A stretch of DNA of 64,000 nt from Thermoprotei archaeon. Its GTDB lineage: Archaea; Thermoproteota; Thermoprotei; Gearchaeales; WAQG01. The notes under the pieces are model-generated. The model did no database searches and had not been told where the DNA came from. It worked only from the letters and a program-made list of their open reading frames with translations. Positions 12,444 to 22,957 of this stretch are shown here, one piece after another. Every line of letters begins with the position of its first letter. Position 1 is the first letter of the stretch. Where the stretch lies: assembly GCA_049976445.1 (NCBI GenBank), contig JBMFIF010000002.1, forward strand, positions 5,115 to 69,114. Reading direction: 5' to 3'. Position numbers and translations under genes: made by a program.

Positions 12444-12476
12444 AAGTATTCTATTTCATTTTATTTAGAAATTATG

Positions 12477-12680
12477 TGCTTTGTTGCATAATTCGTGCAT
12501 GATTTTGTGGAGCGTTTCACACATTCCCCCAAATTTCATGATACTTACTGATGTGGTTTTATGTATGCTAGTTAGGAGTACTCATTAAAATTGTGAGAAA
12601 ACATCATCAAACTCTCAACACACAAGAATCCTATACATAAAAAACACATCAAAAACACATCAGAATTATGCAACAAAGCA
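12477..12680. repeat. 18-nt perfect inverted repeat pair (tgctttgttgcataattc / gaattatgcaacaaagca) about 170 nt apart in a 375-nt intergenic region
   Basis: The two arms lie at 12477-12494 and 12663-12680. The first arm is also part of a local hairpin (aattatg..cataatt). Confidence 0.5.
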
Positions 12681-12818
12681 AAATTATAAAAAGAATTTCG
12701 TAGAACTTAGTTTGTGAAAATATTCTTAGATAGCAAAATTTTAATATGCTTATCCTGACCTTATTATCATTTTATTATATCTTAAAAATATTTAAGTAGC
12801 GCACCATATTAGTTATCG

Positions 12819-14201
12819 TTGGTGAGGATATTGGATGTTTATGGTAAGAAGCGAAAACGGGTTGTGATAATGGGTGCTGCAGGTCGAGATTTTCATAATT
12901 ATAATATTCTTTATCGTAATAATACAGATTACGAAGTTGTTGCGTTTACTGCAACACAGATACCGGGCATTGCTGGTCGTAAATATCCACCTGAATTAGC
13001 TGGCCCACTTTATCCTCAAGGAATACCTATTATGAGCGAAAATGAATTATCTCAAATAATAAAAAAGTATAATGTTGACGAAGCTGTATTTTCGTACAGT
13101 GATGTGCTTTATAATGACATAATGCATAAATCTTCAATAGTGTTGAGTTCCGGAGCGAACTTTAAGCTGATAGCTCCAGAAAAAACCATGATAAAGTCGA
13201 ATAAACCTGTTATAGCAGTTACTGCTTCGCGTACTGGTGCTGGAAAAAGTACAGTGTCTCGTAAGCTTGTCTCGCTGTTTAAGGAAGAAGGAATACGTAT
13301 TGTAGTTGTGAGACATCCTATGCCTTATGGAGACCTTTTAAATAGTGTTGTTATAAGACTTGAAAAGCTTGAAGATTTAGATAGATTAAATCTAACAATA
13401 GAAGAGAGGGAGGAGTTTGAACATTACATGAAAATGGGTATTGTAGCATATGAAGGTGTTGATTATGAAAAAATACTTAAGAACGCTGAAAGCGAGGCTG
13501 ACATAATTATTTGGGATGGAGGAAATAATGATACACCATTTTATAAGCCAGATCTTTACATAACAGTGGTCGACCCTACCAGACCAGGGCATGAAACGGG
13601 CTCGTATCCTGGAGAAATAAATGTTATGATGGCTGATTTAATAGTAATCAGTAAGATTAATACTGCAAAACCTGATGATGTAGATACTGTAGAGAAAAAT
13701 GTGCGTAAGCTTAATCCTAAGGCTACTATAGTTAAAGCAAAATTTGAAATTTCGGTTGACAACCCTCAAATGATAAAAGGTAAGAAAGTTGTAGTTGTTG
13801 AGGATGGGCCTTCTGTAACGCATGGTCACATGCCCTTTGGAGCTGGTTACATTGCTGCAAAACAATATGGGGCTTCAGAAATTGTTGATCCTAAACCATA
13901 TGCACAAGGCATATTTAAAGAAATCTATGAAATGTATAAACATACAGCCAATGTAGTACCAACAATAGGTTATGGTGCAGAACAAATGAAACAGTTACAA
14001 GAATTCATTAATAAAATACCTGGGGATACAGTAATATTGGGGTCGCCATCAGATATAAGCCGATATCTCAAGTTAAATAAGCCTGTTGTTCATGTAAAAT
14101 ATGAGATGGTTGATGTAGGAGAACCAAACTTCAGCTCTATAATAAAACAATGGATAGCTAAAAAAATTAAGAAAGCAAAATTGATAGCTTCTCAGTCATG
14201 A
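12819..14201 (+). CDS. P-loop protein, cyclic 2,3-diphosphoglycerate synthetase-like family (tentative)
   Basis: 460 aa with an internal Walker A (TASRTGAGKST). The size and layout resemble archaeal cDPGS homologs. Low certainty. Confidence 0.35.
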   Translation: MVRILDVYGKKRKRVVIMGAAGRDFHNYNILYRNNTDYEVVAFTATQIPGIAGRKYPPELAGPLYPQGIPIMSENELSQIIKKYNVDEAVFSYSDVLYNDIMHKSSIVLSSGANFKLIAPEKTMIKSNKPVIAVTASRTGAGKSTVSRKLVSLFKEEGIRIVVVRHPMPYGDLLNSVVIRLEKLEDLDRLNLTIEEREEFEHYMKMGIVAYEGVDYEKILKNAESEADIIIWDGGNNDTPFYKPDLYITVVDPTRPGHETGSYPGEINVMMADLIVISKINTAKPDDVDTVEKNVRKLNPKATIVKAKFEISVDNPQMIKGKKVVVVEDGPSVTHGHMPFGAGYIAAKQYGASEIVDPKPYAQGIFKEIYEMYKHTANVVPTIGYGAEQMKQLQEFINKIPGDTVILGSPSDISRYLKLNKPVVHVKYEMVDVGEPNFSSIIKQWIAKKIKKAKLIASQS

Positions 14202-14240
14202 AAATCTCTTTTCGATTGTAATAATTTTTAGTAATTGCTC

Positions 14241-14564
14241 TTAAATTTTTGGTTTGTAAATAGGATTCCTATCATCATGTGCTATAAGCTCTACAGCACC
14301 CTCACTTTCGAGTCTTTTAAGTAACCTTTTTGCCTCCCCCATTTTCACACTAAATTGGCTGGAGATCACCCATGGAGACAAATATTTAAAATTCTTTAAC
14401 TCCGCTTTTACCCTGCCCATCAATGATGTGTCAACGATTGCTGTAGTAGTTTTGCTCTCTTTCTTTGTTTCTTTGACTTCTTTAGCTTTTTTCTCCTTCT
14501 TCATCTGTTCTTTTAGCTGTTCTTTCTCAAGTTGTTTTATACTTTTCTTTCCTTTACCTCCCAT
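14241..14564 (-). CDS. rps25e: ribosomal protein S25e
   Basis: 107 aa. A Lys/Glu-rich N-terminus (MGGKGKK...KEKKAKE) is followed by a small winged-helix-like C-terminus, as in archaeal S25e. Confidence 0.55.
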   Translation of the reverse strand: MGGKGKKSIKQLEKEQLKEQMKKEKKAKEVKETKKESKTTTAIVDTSLMGRVKAELKNFKYLSPWVISSQFSVKMGEAKRLLKRLESEGAVELIAHDDRNPIYKPKI

Positions 14565-14589
14565 ATTACTCCCTTAATTATTTAGACGA

Positions 14590-14994
14590 TCACGTAAATA
14601 AGCTTATTTCTTCATCAGAAAGAGGCGACCATGTACTCTTCATCTCTGAATTTATTACATAATCTCGTATCTCGTTCATTTTAATAAAAACCCACTTGCG
14701 TGCTTTAGTAAACCGTACAGCACCTACAGCTTCTCTTATAGGATAGTAAGAAAAATATTCTAACCAATCATAAAGCCTCTTAACCTGTTCTCTAGGTATT
14801 TTAACGTTATTGTTTTTGGTGGTCTTAACCTCAAAGAATACTATTCTGTTATTTTTTGTGGCGAAACCATCAACGATGGAAGCTGGTATTCTACGTCCTT
14901 TCCAACCAAATTTTGAAAGATATAAAAACAGATCGCGTTCTCCACGCTTACCCTTATATTTTCCGCTTACTTTCTTTAGGCTCCGTTTTTTCAT
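14590..14994 (-). CDS. hjc: Holliday junction resolvase Hjc/Hje (archaeal PD-(D/E)xK)
   Basis: 134 aa. KGKRGERDL...D...FFEVKTTK matches the Hjc catalytic E...D...E-x-K layout and size. Confidence 0.6.
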   Translation of the reverse strand: MKKRSLKKVSGKYKGKRGERDLFLYLSKFGWKGRRIPASIVDGFATKNNRIVFFEVKTTKNNNVKIPREQVKRLYDWLEYFSYYPIREAVGAVRFTKARKWVFIKMNEIRDYVINSEMKSTWSPLSDEEISLFT

Positions 14995-15075
14995 GTCAGC
15001 ACTATGTTTAAATAATGCTTAAACTTAAATATTCTTTGTCTTTCAAAGATAAACTAGGTTTAGGTTGGATGCTCT

Positions 15076-18000
15076 ATGGGCAGGATAAATCAACTACCCC
15101 AAAAATATACGCCAGTTAATTATGAGCTAGAGATCTTTGACTTTTGGGATAAAAATAACGTCTATCACAAAGTTGTGGAATCAAGAAAAAATAGACCGAA
15201 ATTTTACTTTCTTGATGGTCCTCCATATGTAACAAACCCTATACATGTGGGAACTGCATGGAACAAAATAATTAAAGATGCATTCCTCAGGTTTTACAGA
15301 ATGAGAGGCTACATGGTTTGGGATAGACCTGGTTATGATATGCACGGATTACCAATAGAAGTTCAAGTCGAAAAAAACCTAGGATTAAAAACTAAGCGCG
15401 ATATTTTAAAACTCGGCGTAGAAAAGTTCGTTAACGAATGCAGGGAATGGGCTTTAAAAAATCTGAAAATACAAGAAAGACAGTTCAAGGAACTGGGAGT
15501 TTGGATGGACTGGGAACACCCTTACAGAACAATAGAAAATGAGTACATAGAAGCAGCATGGCTTTTTATAAAACGAAGTTCAGAAAAAGGATTACTTGAA
15601 CATGGTGAAAAAGTTGTCTTCTGGTGTCCAAGATGCCAAACAGTACTTTCTGGATATGAAGTAACAGAAGAATATAGAGAGGTGAAAGATCCATCAATTT
15701 ACGTAAAATTTAAAGCAAAAGAAATAAACGCAAATCTTCTCATATGGACAACTACGCCGTGGACATTACCTGGTAACGTAGCAGTAATGGTTCACCCAAA
15801 AGAAACTTATGTGAAAGCAAAAGATAAAAAAACTGGAGAAATCCTAATCGTCGCAAAGAAAAGACTTGAACCCATCGAAAAAGAAACTGGGGTAACTTTA
15901 GAAATAATTGATGAATTCCCAGGTTCAAGACTCGAAGGCATTACATATGAACACCCACTTAGAGATCTTATTCCAATACAATCAGACCTAATCCATAAAG
16001 TTGTATTAAGTGAAGAATATGTAAGTATGGAGGAAGGAACTGGCTTAGTTCACTCTGCACCTGGTCATGGTAGAGAAGACTTTGAGGTCGGTATGAGATA
16101 TAAACTCCCCGCACTAAGTCCTGTTGACGATGCTGGAATATTCACACTCGATGCTGGACGTTATTCTGGAATGTACGTTAAAGACGCTGACAAAATAATA
16201 ATCGAGGATTTAAAAAATAAAGGAGCATTATTATATGCTGGCGAAATAATCCACAGGTATCCGCATTGTTGGCGATGTAAAACACCATTGATACAAAGAT
16301 TATCTAAACAGTGGTTTATTACTGTGAGCAAAATTAAGGATGAATTGGTCAAGTTATCAGATCAACCAATATGGGTACCACAATGGGCCCTTGAAACTAG
16401 GTTTAAACCATGGTTACGGAATGCACATGATTGGGCCATATCAAGACAAAGATATTGGGGAATCCCGTTACCAATATGGAAATGTGAATCGTGCGAACAT
16501 AACATAGTAATAGGTTCGCTCGATGAACTAAAGAATTTAGCTATGTCAATACCGAATGAACCAATGGACTTACATAGACCATGGGTTGATAAGGTTACAC
16601 TAAGATGTCCAAAATGCGGTGGTCCAGCAAGAAGAGTACCTGATGTTATCGACGTATGGATAGATTCGGGAGTAGCTCCATGGGCTAGTTTAAAGTATCC
16701 ATCAAAAAAGGAGGATTGGGAATACTTAAAACCAGTCGATTTAGTAATAGAAGGACAAGATCAAATTAGAGGATGGTTTTATTCTCTCTTCACATCTGGA
16801 TATATTACGTGGAACATACCAATCTATCGTAAAGTAATAATGCACGGTTTTGGTCTTGATGAGACAGGTAGAGCAATGCACAAAAGCTTAGGTAATGTAA
16901 TCAATCCTGATGACGTGATTCCAAAGTATGGCCGCGATGCATTAAGATTATTCGAATTATCAAACGTGATATGGGAGGACCTAAGGTTTTCAATGAATGG
17001 TGTAAAAGAAGCATTCAGAACATTAGGCATAATATGGAACACATTCTATTTTGCATCATTATATATGAATCTTGATAAATTTGACCCCATAACGAACAAT
17101 ATAGATCGTTTAGGAAAATATCTACGTAATGAAGATAAATGGTTATTATCAAGATATCAGAAAATCATAAAATATATGACAGAAAGCATGGAAGAAGGTA
17201 GAATACATGACGCTGTCAGGACGATAATAAACTTTCTAGTGGAAGATGTCAGCCGATGGTATGTGAAATTAATAAGAAGAAGAGTTTGGATAGAACCTAA
17301 TGATCCTGATAAACTTGCTGCTTATACAACACTATACACAGTATTGGAAGGATCATTAAGATTACTCGCACCTTATGTGCCGTTTATAACGGAGAAGATT
17401 TATCAATCGATGTTCCGTAATGCACAATCACCACTTAGCGTCCATATGCTAGACTGGCCCTCTCCTCGTGAAGACTTAATAAACGAGAAACTTGAAAGGT
17501 TGATGGATATAGCAAAACAAATCGTAACAGCATCAAGCATGGCAAGACAAACAAAGGGTATGAAATTAAGAAAACCAGTTCAAAGAGTTATAATAGTTTC
17601 TAAACAGAGTGAAGTCTTAGACACCATAGAAACTTATGAGAATATGTTAAAAACACAGATGAATACCAAAAACATCCTCCTGGCACAGAGTGAAGAAGTT
17701 GAGAAAAAATTAAAGACAATAGAAGTCAAACTTAATCTTTCAAAAGCTGGGCCTATACTTAGAGAAAATGTAAATTCAGTAATCGAAGCATTAAAGAATA
17801 TGAACGGGTGGGAAGTATTAGATGTTATAAACAAAAACGGATTCATAGAACTTAGTACTAAAAAAGGTGTAATTAAGCTTGACAAAGAAATGCTCATCTT
17901 TGAGGAAAAAGTTTCTGGTGACTTTGCAGTAGGACAATTCGATGGAGGATGGGTATATGTTGATTTAAGAATACCAAAAGAGCTTGAAGCGGAAGCTTTA

Positions 18001-18294
18001 GCAAGAGAGATAGTAAGGAGAGTACAAACAATGCGAAAACAGCTCAATCTACCAGTAGACGCTTTCATTAAGGTTCACATAGCAGTTCCAAGCCAAGATG
18101 AAACAGAATTACTTCGTAAAACAAGAAAATACATAGCAAGTGAAGTTCGAGCACGAAACCTCAGAATCTCCTTAAGAAAGCCAAGTAAAAAAATGAATCT
18201 AGTACAAGAATGGGAAATAGAAAACGATACGTATATCATTGGAATTTCACTTATAATAGAAAATCCTGCACTCCAAAACAAAGTTGAAGGATAA
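15076..18294 (+). CDS. ileS: isoleucine--tRNA ligase
   Basis: 1072 aa. It has a HIGH-type motif (PIHVGTAWNK), a KMSKS-type motif (AMHKSLGN), Zn-binding CxxC pairs and editing-domain insertions. Confidence 0.9.
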   Translation: MGRINQLPQKYTPVNYELEIFDFWDKNNVYHKVVESRKNRPKFYFLDGPPYVTNPIHVGTAWNKIIKDAFLRFYRMRGYMVWDRPGYDMHGLPIEVQVEKNLGLKTKRDILKLGVEKFVNECREWALKNLKIQERQFKELGVWMDWEHPYRTIENEYIEAAWLFIKRSSEKGLLEHGEKVVFWCPRCQTVLSGYEVTEEYREVKDPSIYVKFKAKEINANLLIWTTTPWTLPGNVAVMVHPKETYVKAKDKKTGEILIVAKKRLEPIEKETGVTLEIIDEFPGSRLEGITYEHPLRDLIPIQSDLIHKVVLSEEYVSMEEGTGLVHSAPGHGREDFEVGMRYKLPALSPVDDAGIFTLDAGRYSGMYVKDADKIIIEDLKNKGALLYAGEIIHRYPHCWRCKTPLIQRLSKQWFITVSKIKDELVKLSDQPIWVPQWALETRFKPWLRNAHDWAISRQRYWGIPLPIWKCESCEHNIVIGSLDELKNLAMSIPNEPMDLHRPWVDKVTLRCPKCGGPARRVPDVIDVWIDSGVAPWASLKYPSKKEDWEYLKPVDLVIEGQDQIRGWFYSLFTSGYITWNIPIYRKVIMHGFGLDETGRAMHKSLGNVINPDDVIPKYGRDALRLFELSNVIWEDLRFSMNGVKEAFRTLGIIWNTFYFASLYMNLDKFDPITNNIDRLGKYLRNEDKWLLSRYQKIIKYMTESMEEGRIHDAVRTIINFLVEDVSRWYVKLIRRRVWIEPNDPDKLAAYTTLYTVLEGSLRLLAPYVPFITEKIYQSMFRNAQSPLSVHMLDWPSPREDLINEKLERLMDIAKQIVTASSMARQTKGMKLRKPVQRVIIVSKQSEVLDTIETYENMLKTQMNTKNILLAQSEEVEKKLKTIEVKLNLSKAGPILRENVNSVIEALKNMNGWEVLDVINKNGFIELSTKKGVIKLDKEMLIFEEKVSGDFAVGQFDGGWVYVDLRIPKELEAEALAREIVRRVQTMRKQLNLPVDAFIKVHIAVPSQDETELLRKTRKYIASEVRARNLRISLRKPSKKMNLVQEWEIENDTYIIGISLIIENPALQNKVEG

Positions 18295-18327
18295 TTTTTT
18301 ATTTTTATAAAAACATATTCAAGACAA

Positions 18328-18951
18328 ATGCTAAATGATTTAATAAGAAAAATACTTTGGGACCTAGCGCTAAAAAGAACTTTAAACAAAAATGACCTAG
18401 AAACATTAGGAATAACTGATGAAAACAACCCGGCATTAATAATAAGCACAGCATTAAGAAACGGATTCCAACTTAACGAAATATTAGAAATATTAACATG
18501 GCAAAATTTTGAACTTATAGTAGCTGGAGTTTATGAACTAAATAATTTCACTACAATAAGAAACTTTCACTTCATGTCGCAAAATAAAAGAAATGAAATT
18601 GATATTATAGCAATCAGAGACAAATATGTTCACGTGATAGAGTGCAAGCATTGGATAAGAACTAGAATATCAAGCAATATATCACGTATTGTGAATAACC
18701 ATTTATCAAAAACACTACTCTTCAAAAACATTGCAGAAAAAATTTTAGCGCCATTAACCATAAACAAATCAATGATGATATTAATACCAGTAATAGTCAT
18801 ACCACCAAAAAGTGTGCCAGAAAACGTTTCAGGTATTCCAATTGTAACATTGTACCAATTACAAGATTTCATAAACAAATTTGAGGATTATATAGATGAA
18901 ATCGAACATATACCAATAAAAATTACAAAAGATGAGAGCCTTGTCCTTTAG
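18328..18951 (+). CDS. hypothetical protein, possible PD-(D/E)xK nuclease-like fold
   Basis: 207 aa. IDIIAIRDKYVHVIECKHW resembles a D...E-x-K restriction-endonuclease-like core. Weak. Confidence 0.3.
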   Translation: MLNDLIRKILWDLALKRTLNKNDLETLGITDENNPALIISTALRNGFQLNEILEILTWQNFELIVAGVYELNNFTTIRNFHFMSQNKRNEIDIIAIRDKYVHVIECKHWIRTRISSNISRIVNNHLSKTLLFKNIAEKILAPLTINKSMMILIPVIVIPPKSVPENVSGIPIVTLYQLQDFINKFEDYIDEIEHIPIKITKDESLVL

Positions 18952-18985
18952 GGCAATGAAGTATTGTAAAAATGAACGAATAACT

Positions 18986-19738
18986 TTATTCACGTTTTGA
19001 CCATTGCAATAGCAAATTCTGTATAAAAACTTGAGAATCCTTTTTAGTGAAGTCTATACTATACCTTGCTAACTTAATTCTAACAGCATGCACGATACTT
19101 CCTGTTAACTGATTTACTCCTTCTTTAACATACTGCTCTCTAATTACAACAGTTCCAAATTTTTCCCAACTATCGATCGAATTAATGTCAATACCTAAAG
19201 TATATAATTTAGAAACGATTTCTGGTCCCTTAACATTAGTTAAATCTTCATGGATGTATGCTTGTGCATATGAGTTCAAAAAATTTCTATATGAATGTGC
19301 TGATCTCCATATTAAATAATTTATTATATCGTTTATACCATCAACCTTAACAATACGTCCATCAAAACCGATAGATCTTTTAGTAAGATCTTCTATTTTG
19401 TTAGCAAAGATTGATGCTGTATACGATGCTGTTATGGTAAGCAATTTCTCAACTCTACCATTAAAAGGAACATTGCCCAAGTATAAGTAATTTATTTCGT
19501 CAGAGAATGTATAAGCAAGAACTACATTAAAACCAATATTTCTCATGAAATCCTCAACCACTTGTATCATCAGTTCGTGAAAGCGTTTATCGAATGGTTT
19601 TTTAAGATTAAGATCTTTAGCCAATTTATGAAAATTATTACCATCAACTCTTATTATAAATGGTGCATCTACACGTAATCCACTAAATATTTCTTTAGAC
19701 CTAAAATATTGTTCTAAATAATTAAAATCAATTGTCAC
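18986..19738 (-). CDS. thg1: tRNA(His) guanylyltransferase Thg1
   Basis: 250 aa. The N-terminus FIIRVDGNNFHKL... and overall size match the Thg1 family. Confidence 0.7.
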   Translation of the reverse strand: MTIDFNYLEQYFRSKEIFSGLRVDAPFIIRVDGNNFHKLAKDLNLKKPFDKRFHELMIQVVEDFMRNIGFNVVLAYTFSDEINYLYLGNVPFNGRVEKLLTITASYTASIFANKIEDLTKRSIGFDGRIVKVDGINDIINYLIWRSAHSYRNFLNSYAQAYIHEDLTNVKGPEIVSKLYTLGIDINSIDSWEKFGTVVIREQYVKEGVNQLTGSIVHAVRIKLARYSIDFTKKDSQVFIQNLLLQWSKRE

Positions 19739-19806
19739 AAAAATATTTACTCACTTCATCGATATTAATTTATTATAGTAGGTAGTAATATTGTTGTGAT
19801 TAGCTA

Positions 19807-20748
19807 ATGTATCAGGTGAAAATAATTAGTATCAATGAAAAGGATGAGATGGTCCAGAATTATCCGTCCAGAATACTTTATGAAGAAAAAGCTGATATAT
19901 ATGGTGTAGCTGTAAAACTTCTTACTGATTTAGATTGGGTTGACGAAAATTGGAGACGCAACTTCTATGCAATGTCAGATAGAATACGAAGTCATGCAAG
20001 ACTTTATGTCACGTTTAACAAGGAATATCCAGAGAATAGTGTATATTATGACCCTTTCACAAAGACAGCTTTCCTTTTTAACTTTGACTATTATGGTTGG
20101 ATTAAATCAATAGCATTAAGTTTAGCAGGTGATGTGTTGGAAGATGAACATGGAATATATTCAATACATGGCGCGTGTGTTGATGTAGATGGTTTAGGAG
20201 TAGTAATACTTGGGGCTTCTGGTGCAGGTAAGACAACACACACTTATGGTTTAATGAGAAGGGAAAAAGTTAGAGTAATAGCCGACGATTGGTTCTTCGT
20301 AAGAGGTGAAGAAAACCTTTTAGCATTCAGTAGTGAGAAGAATTTCTATATAAGAGCTGATATTGCCTCAATATGGCCTGAATATAAAATGCTAGTTGAA
20401 AAAGCTCAATTTGATAATAAAGGAAGAGCAATAGTGGATCTTCGATGGGTTGTCGGTAAGTATCGAATCCTACCTTTCACAACACTTAAGAAAACAATCA
20501 TCCTAATTAGAGATCAAAATGAACCAAGAATAATCATAAGGCCTTCATCAGATGATGCATTACAGCTATTAAAAGCTCAAGGATACGGTAATCCTCATTT
20601 CTTAGTTAACGATGAGAGAAAACAACGTATAAGAGAAGCATTTTTCAGAAAATTACTCAACATGACTGACGTATACATAGTCAATACAAGAAAAACTCCA
20701 GAGGAAACACAATCAGAGATAGCTAAAATTCTCAATTTAACCATCTAA
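19807..20748 (+). CDS. HPr kinase/phosphorylase C-terminal-domain-like P-loop protein
   Basis: 313 aa. GVVILGASGAGKTTHTYGLM followed by RVIADDWFFV resembles the HprK P-loop plus LVDDD region. Confidence 0.4.
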   Translation: MYQVKIISINEKDEMVQNYPSRILYEEKADIYGVAVKLLTDLDWVDENWRRNFYAMSDRIRSHARLYVTFNKEYPENSVYYDPFTKTAFLFNFDYYGWIKSIALSLAGDVLEDEHGIYSIHGACVDVDGLGVVILGASGAGKTTHTYGLMRREKVRVIADDWFFVRGEENLLAFSSEKNFYIRADIASIWPEYKMLVEKAQFDNKGRAIVDLRWVVGKYRILPFTTLKKTIILIRDQNEPRIIIRPSSDDALQLLKAQGYGNPHFLVNDERKQRIREAFFRKLLNMTDVYIVNTRKTPEETQSEIAKILNLTI

Positions 20749-21738
20749 AGGACTCGCTTTTATATTAAGCTTCCTATTAATGTATCCTGCTAACTCAGAA
20801 GAGAAACCATATAATGTATAAACCATCTTTGGCCTAGACTCCTCAACATACTTCAGCAATCCCTTAAAATCAGAATGAGAACTTAACGGAAAATACTGTA
20901 AACCATTGTTAGAATTATGATAGTTCAAAGACCAACCAGTACATACTGACCCAACTGCCTTACCAATACTTTTTGAATTTATCATACTAACAATTTTAGA
21001 CACTTCTGATGTCGCAGCAATGATGAGCTCGCCACCATCAAAGACAGACTTTATTTTGTGTTCAATCAGCTCATAATCAAGTTTAAACTTATGTTTATCG
21101 AACACTTTATTAATATTATAAATTCTTTCGGTAACAACCACTCTGCCAAATTCTTTATTAAAAAGATATGTAAGTTCCTGAGCTTTACCTAATGGATACA
21201 CACCAATAACAACTGTACGTCCATCCTTAATATTAGCAGCAACCCATGATAATATTTTTTCATAAATAAAAGAACGTGGAGGAAAAATATAATCCGGACG
21301 ACCATATGTACTCTCAATTATTAATACATCAAGATCTTTCATTATGTATGCAGGATCATCAACGATAGAACCGTAAATATTAAAATCACCAGTATAACCG
21401 ATTCTTAAATTATAAAACTCCAATAAAAATTCTAACGAACCTAAAACATGACCAGCATTATAAGCCTCTACGATAATATCATCATAACTCTTAAAATCGT
21501 TTGGCCGAATAGTACTAACACCTCGGCGCATCTTCCTAACCCTTTGGAAGACTATATCCATAGTAGGAGGAGATAACAATAATACAGAATTGTCATTACC
21601 GTTAACACCTTTAACATGGTCAGAATGAGCATGTGAGATTAAAATCAAGTCACCACTAAACCCTTGCATCGAATCAAAAACAATCCGTTTGCCGCTTAAC
21701 TCCAATAACAACTTTCCATTGTACTCAAGCCTATACAC
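20737..21738 (-). CDS. metallo-beta-lactamase / beta-CASP family hydrolase (short form)
   Basis: 333 aa. It has ISHAHSDH (HxHxDH), IIESTYG (beta-CASP motif A) and LSSHSD (motif B). Confidence 0.5.
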   Translation of the reverse strand: MYRLEYNGKLLLELSGKRIVFDSMQGFSGDLILISHAHSDHVKGVNGNDNSVLLLSPPTMDIVFQRVRKMRRGVSTIRPNDFKSYDDIIVEAYNAGHVLGSLEFLLEFYNLRIGYTGDFNIYGSIVDDPAYIMKDLDVLIIESTYGRPDYIFPPRSFIYEKILSWVAANIKDGRTVVIGVYPLGKAQELTYLFNKEFGRVVVTERIYNINKVFDKHKFKLDYELIEHKIKSVFDGGELIIAATSEVSKIVSMINSKSIGKAVGSVCTGWSLNYHNSNNGLQYFPLSSHSDFKGLLKYVEESRPKMVYTLYGFSSELAGYINRKLNIKASPLDG

Positions 21739-21937
21739 GCGTTATATCCTCCCTTAACAAATATTTAGCATAATAATCTAAAAAACTTATCGAAGAATTA
21801 ACTTTCATTATAGACTCTAGAAATGAAAAATGAGAGAACAATAAACATTTAAAGATTAGATCATCGCACATTTTTGCTAATTATTAAATACACTAGAATA
21901 TATAACCTCATCAGACGAATAAAACTTGGTGTAAAAA

Positions 21938-22240
21938 ATGATAGATACATATCTGATAAACATGGTGTTTTGGATAACAGTATTCGCTGTAGCAGGAGCA
22001 ATCCTACAGATGAAAACAAAGGCATTCGGAATAACAATAGGCTTAGGTGGTGTAATGTACACACTCTTATCAGCAGTACAAGACGCAGTAAACGCAGGCC
22101 CAACAATACTCGACTACTTCCCATTCCCAGCAGCCGAAGCATTAATAATACCCTCATGGTTCATCTCAATATTACTATTCGTAGTCTCAATGGTAGTAAG
22201 CTTTACAGTAGAACGATCAGTACACCAACCAACATTCTAA
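21938..22240 (+). CDS. small hydrophobic membrane protein (hypothetical)
   Basis: 100 aa with 3 predicted TM segments, upstream of the por operon. Overlapping alternative ORFs make the call uncertain. Confidence 0.25.
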   Translation: MIDTYLINMVFWITVFAVAGAILQMKTKAFGITIGLGGVMYTLLSAVQDAVNAGPTILDYFPFPAAEALIIPSWFISILLFVVSMVVSFTVERSVHQPTF

Positions 22241-22371
22241 CAGCGTACTAAAATTTTTTGTAAAAACTTTTTGTTTTCTAATATCAGGTATTTAAAATTA
22301 ATTTTACTAATATTGTATCACATTTTAATAACAATTTAAATATACTGCTACGTTAAATATTTATTTCACCA

Positions 22372-22385
22372 TTTTTTTATATACC
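22372..22385 (+). promoter_or_regulatory. putative TATA/BRE promoter element for the por operon
   Basis: tttttttatatacc is centred about 22 nt upstream of the porG ATG, consistent with a short-leader archaeal promoter. Confidence 0.3.
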
Positions 22386-22399
22386 TTGAGGGTAATGTA

Positions 22400-22957
22400 A
22401 TGCTAGTTGAGTTTAAGTTTCATGGAAGAGGCGGTCAAGGTGCCGTGACCGCCGCAGATCTTCTCGTAAAAGCTGCTTATTTGGAAGGCAAATGGGGGCA
22501 ATCATACCCATTCTTTGGTGCTGAACGCAGAGGCGCACCCGTAACCGCATATGCAAGAATTTCAGATAAACCATTAAAAGTTCATTACCAAATTTATGAA
22601 CCTGACGTAGTAGTTGTCTTAGACCCTTCAATACCCAAACTAGTAAACGTAACAAGTGGACTCAAGCAAAACGGCATCATAATAATAAACACTGGAGGAA
22701 GAGAAATAGAATCATTAAAAATAGAACGTGGAACAGTATATACCGTGAACGCAACGGCTATAGCAATAAAACTAAACTTAGTCGTTGCCGGATGGCCAAT
22801 AGTAAATACAGGAATATTAGGCGCCGTAGCAAAAGCAACCAACATAATAAAAATTGAATCACTAGTGAAAGCAATTAAAGACACCTGGAAAGGAAACGCA
22901 GGAGAATCAAACGCTAAAGCAGCACTAATAGCATATGAGGAGGTAACAAAACTATGA
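22400..22957 (+). CDS. porG: pyruvate/2-oxoacid:ferredoxin oxidoreductase gamma subunit
   Basis: 185 aa, HGRGGQGAVTAADLL N-terminus typical of POR gamma. First gene of the four-gene operon. Confidence 0.8.
   Translation: MLVEFKFHGRGGQGAVTAADLLVKAAYLEGKWGQSYPFFGAERRGAPVTAYARISDKPLKVHYQIYEPDVVVVLDPSIPKLVNVTSGLKQNGIIIINTGGREIESLKIERGTVYTVNATAIAIKLNLVVAGWPIVNTGILGAVAKATNIIKIESLVKAIKDTWKGNAGESNAKAALIAYEEVTKL

Noticed and set aside
16161-18449. Several 60-145-aa ORFs antisense to ileS
   Set aside because: They are shadow ORFs within a 1072-aa gene with unambiguous IleRS motifs.
22413-22884. 80- and 96-aa minus-strand ORFs within porG
   Set aside because: They are antisense to the conserved POR gamma gene.
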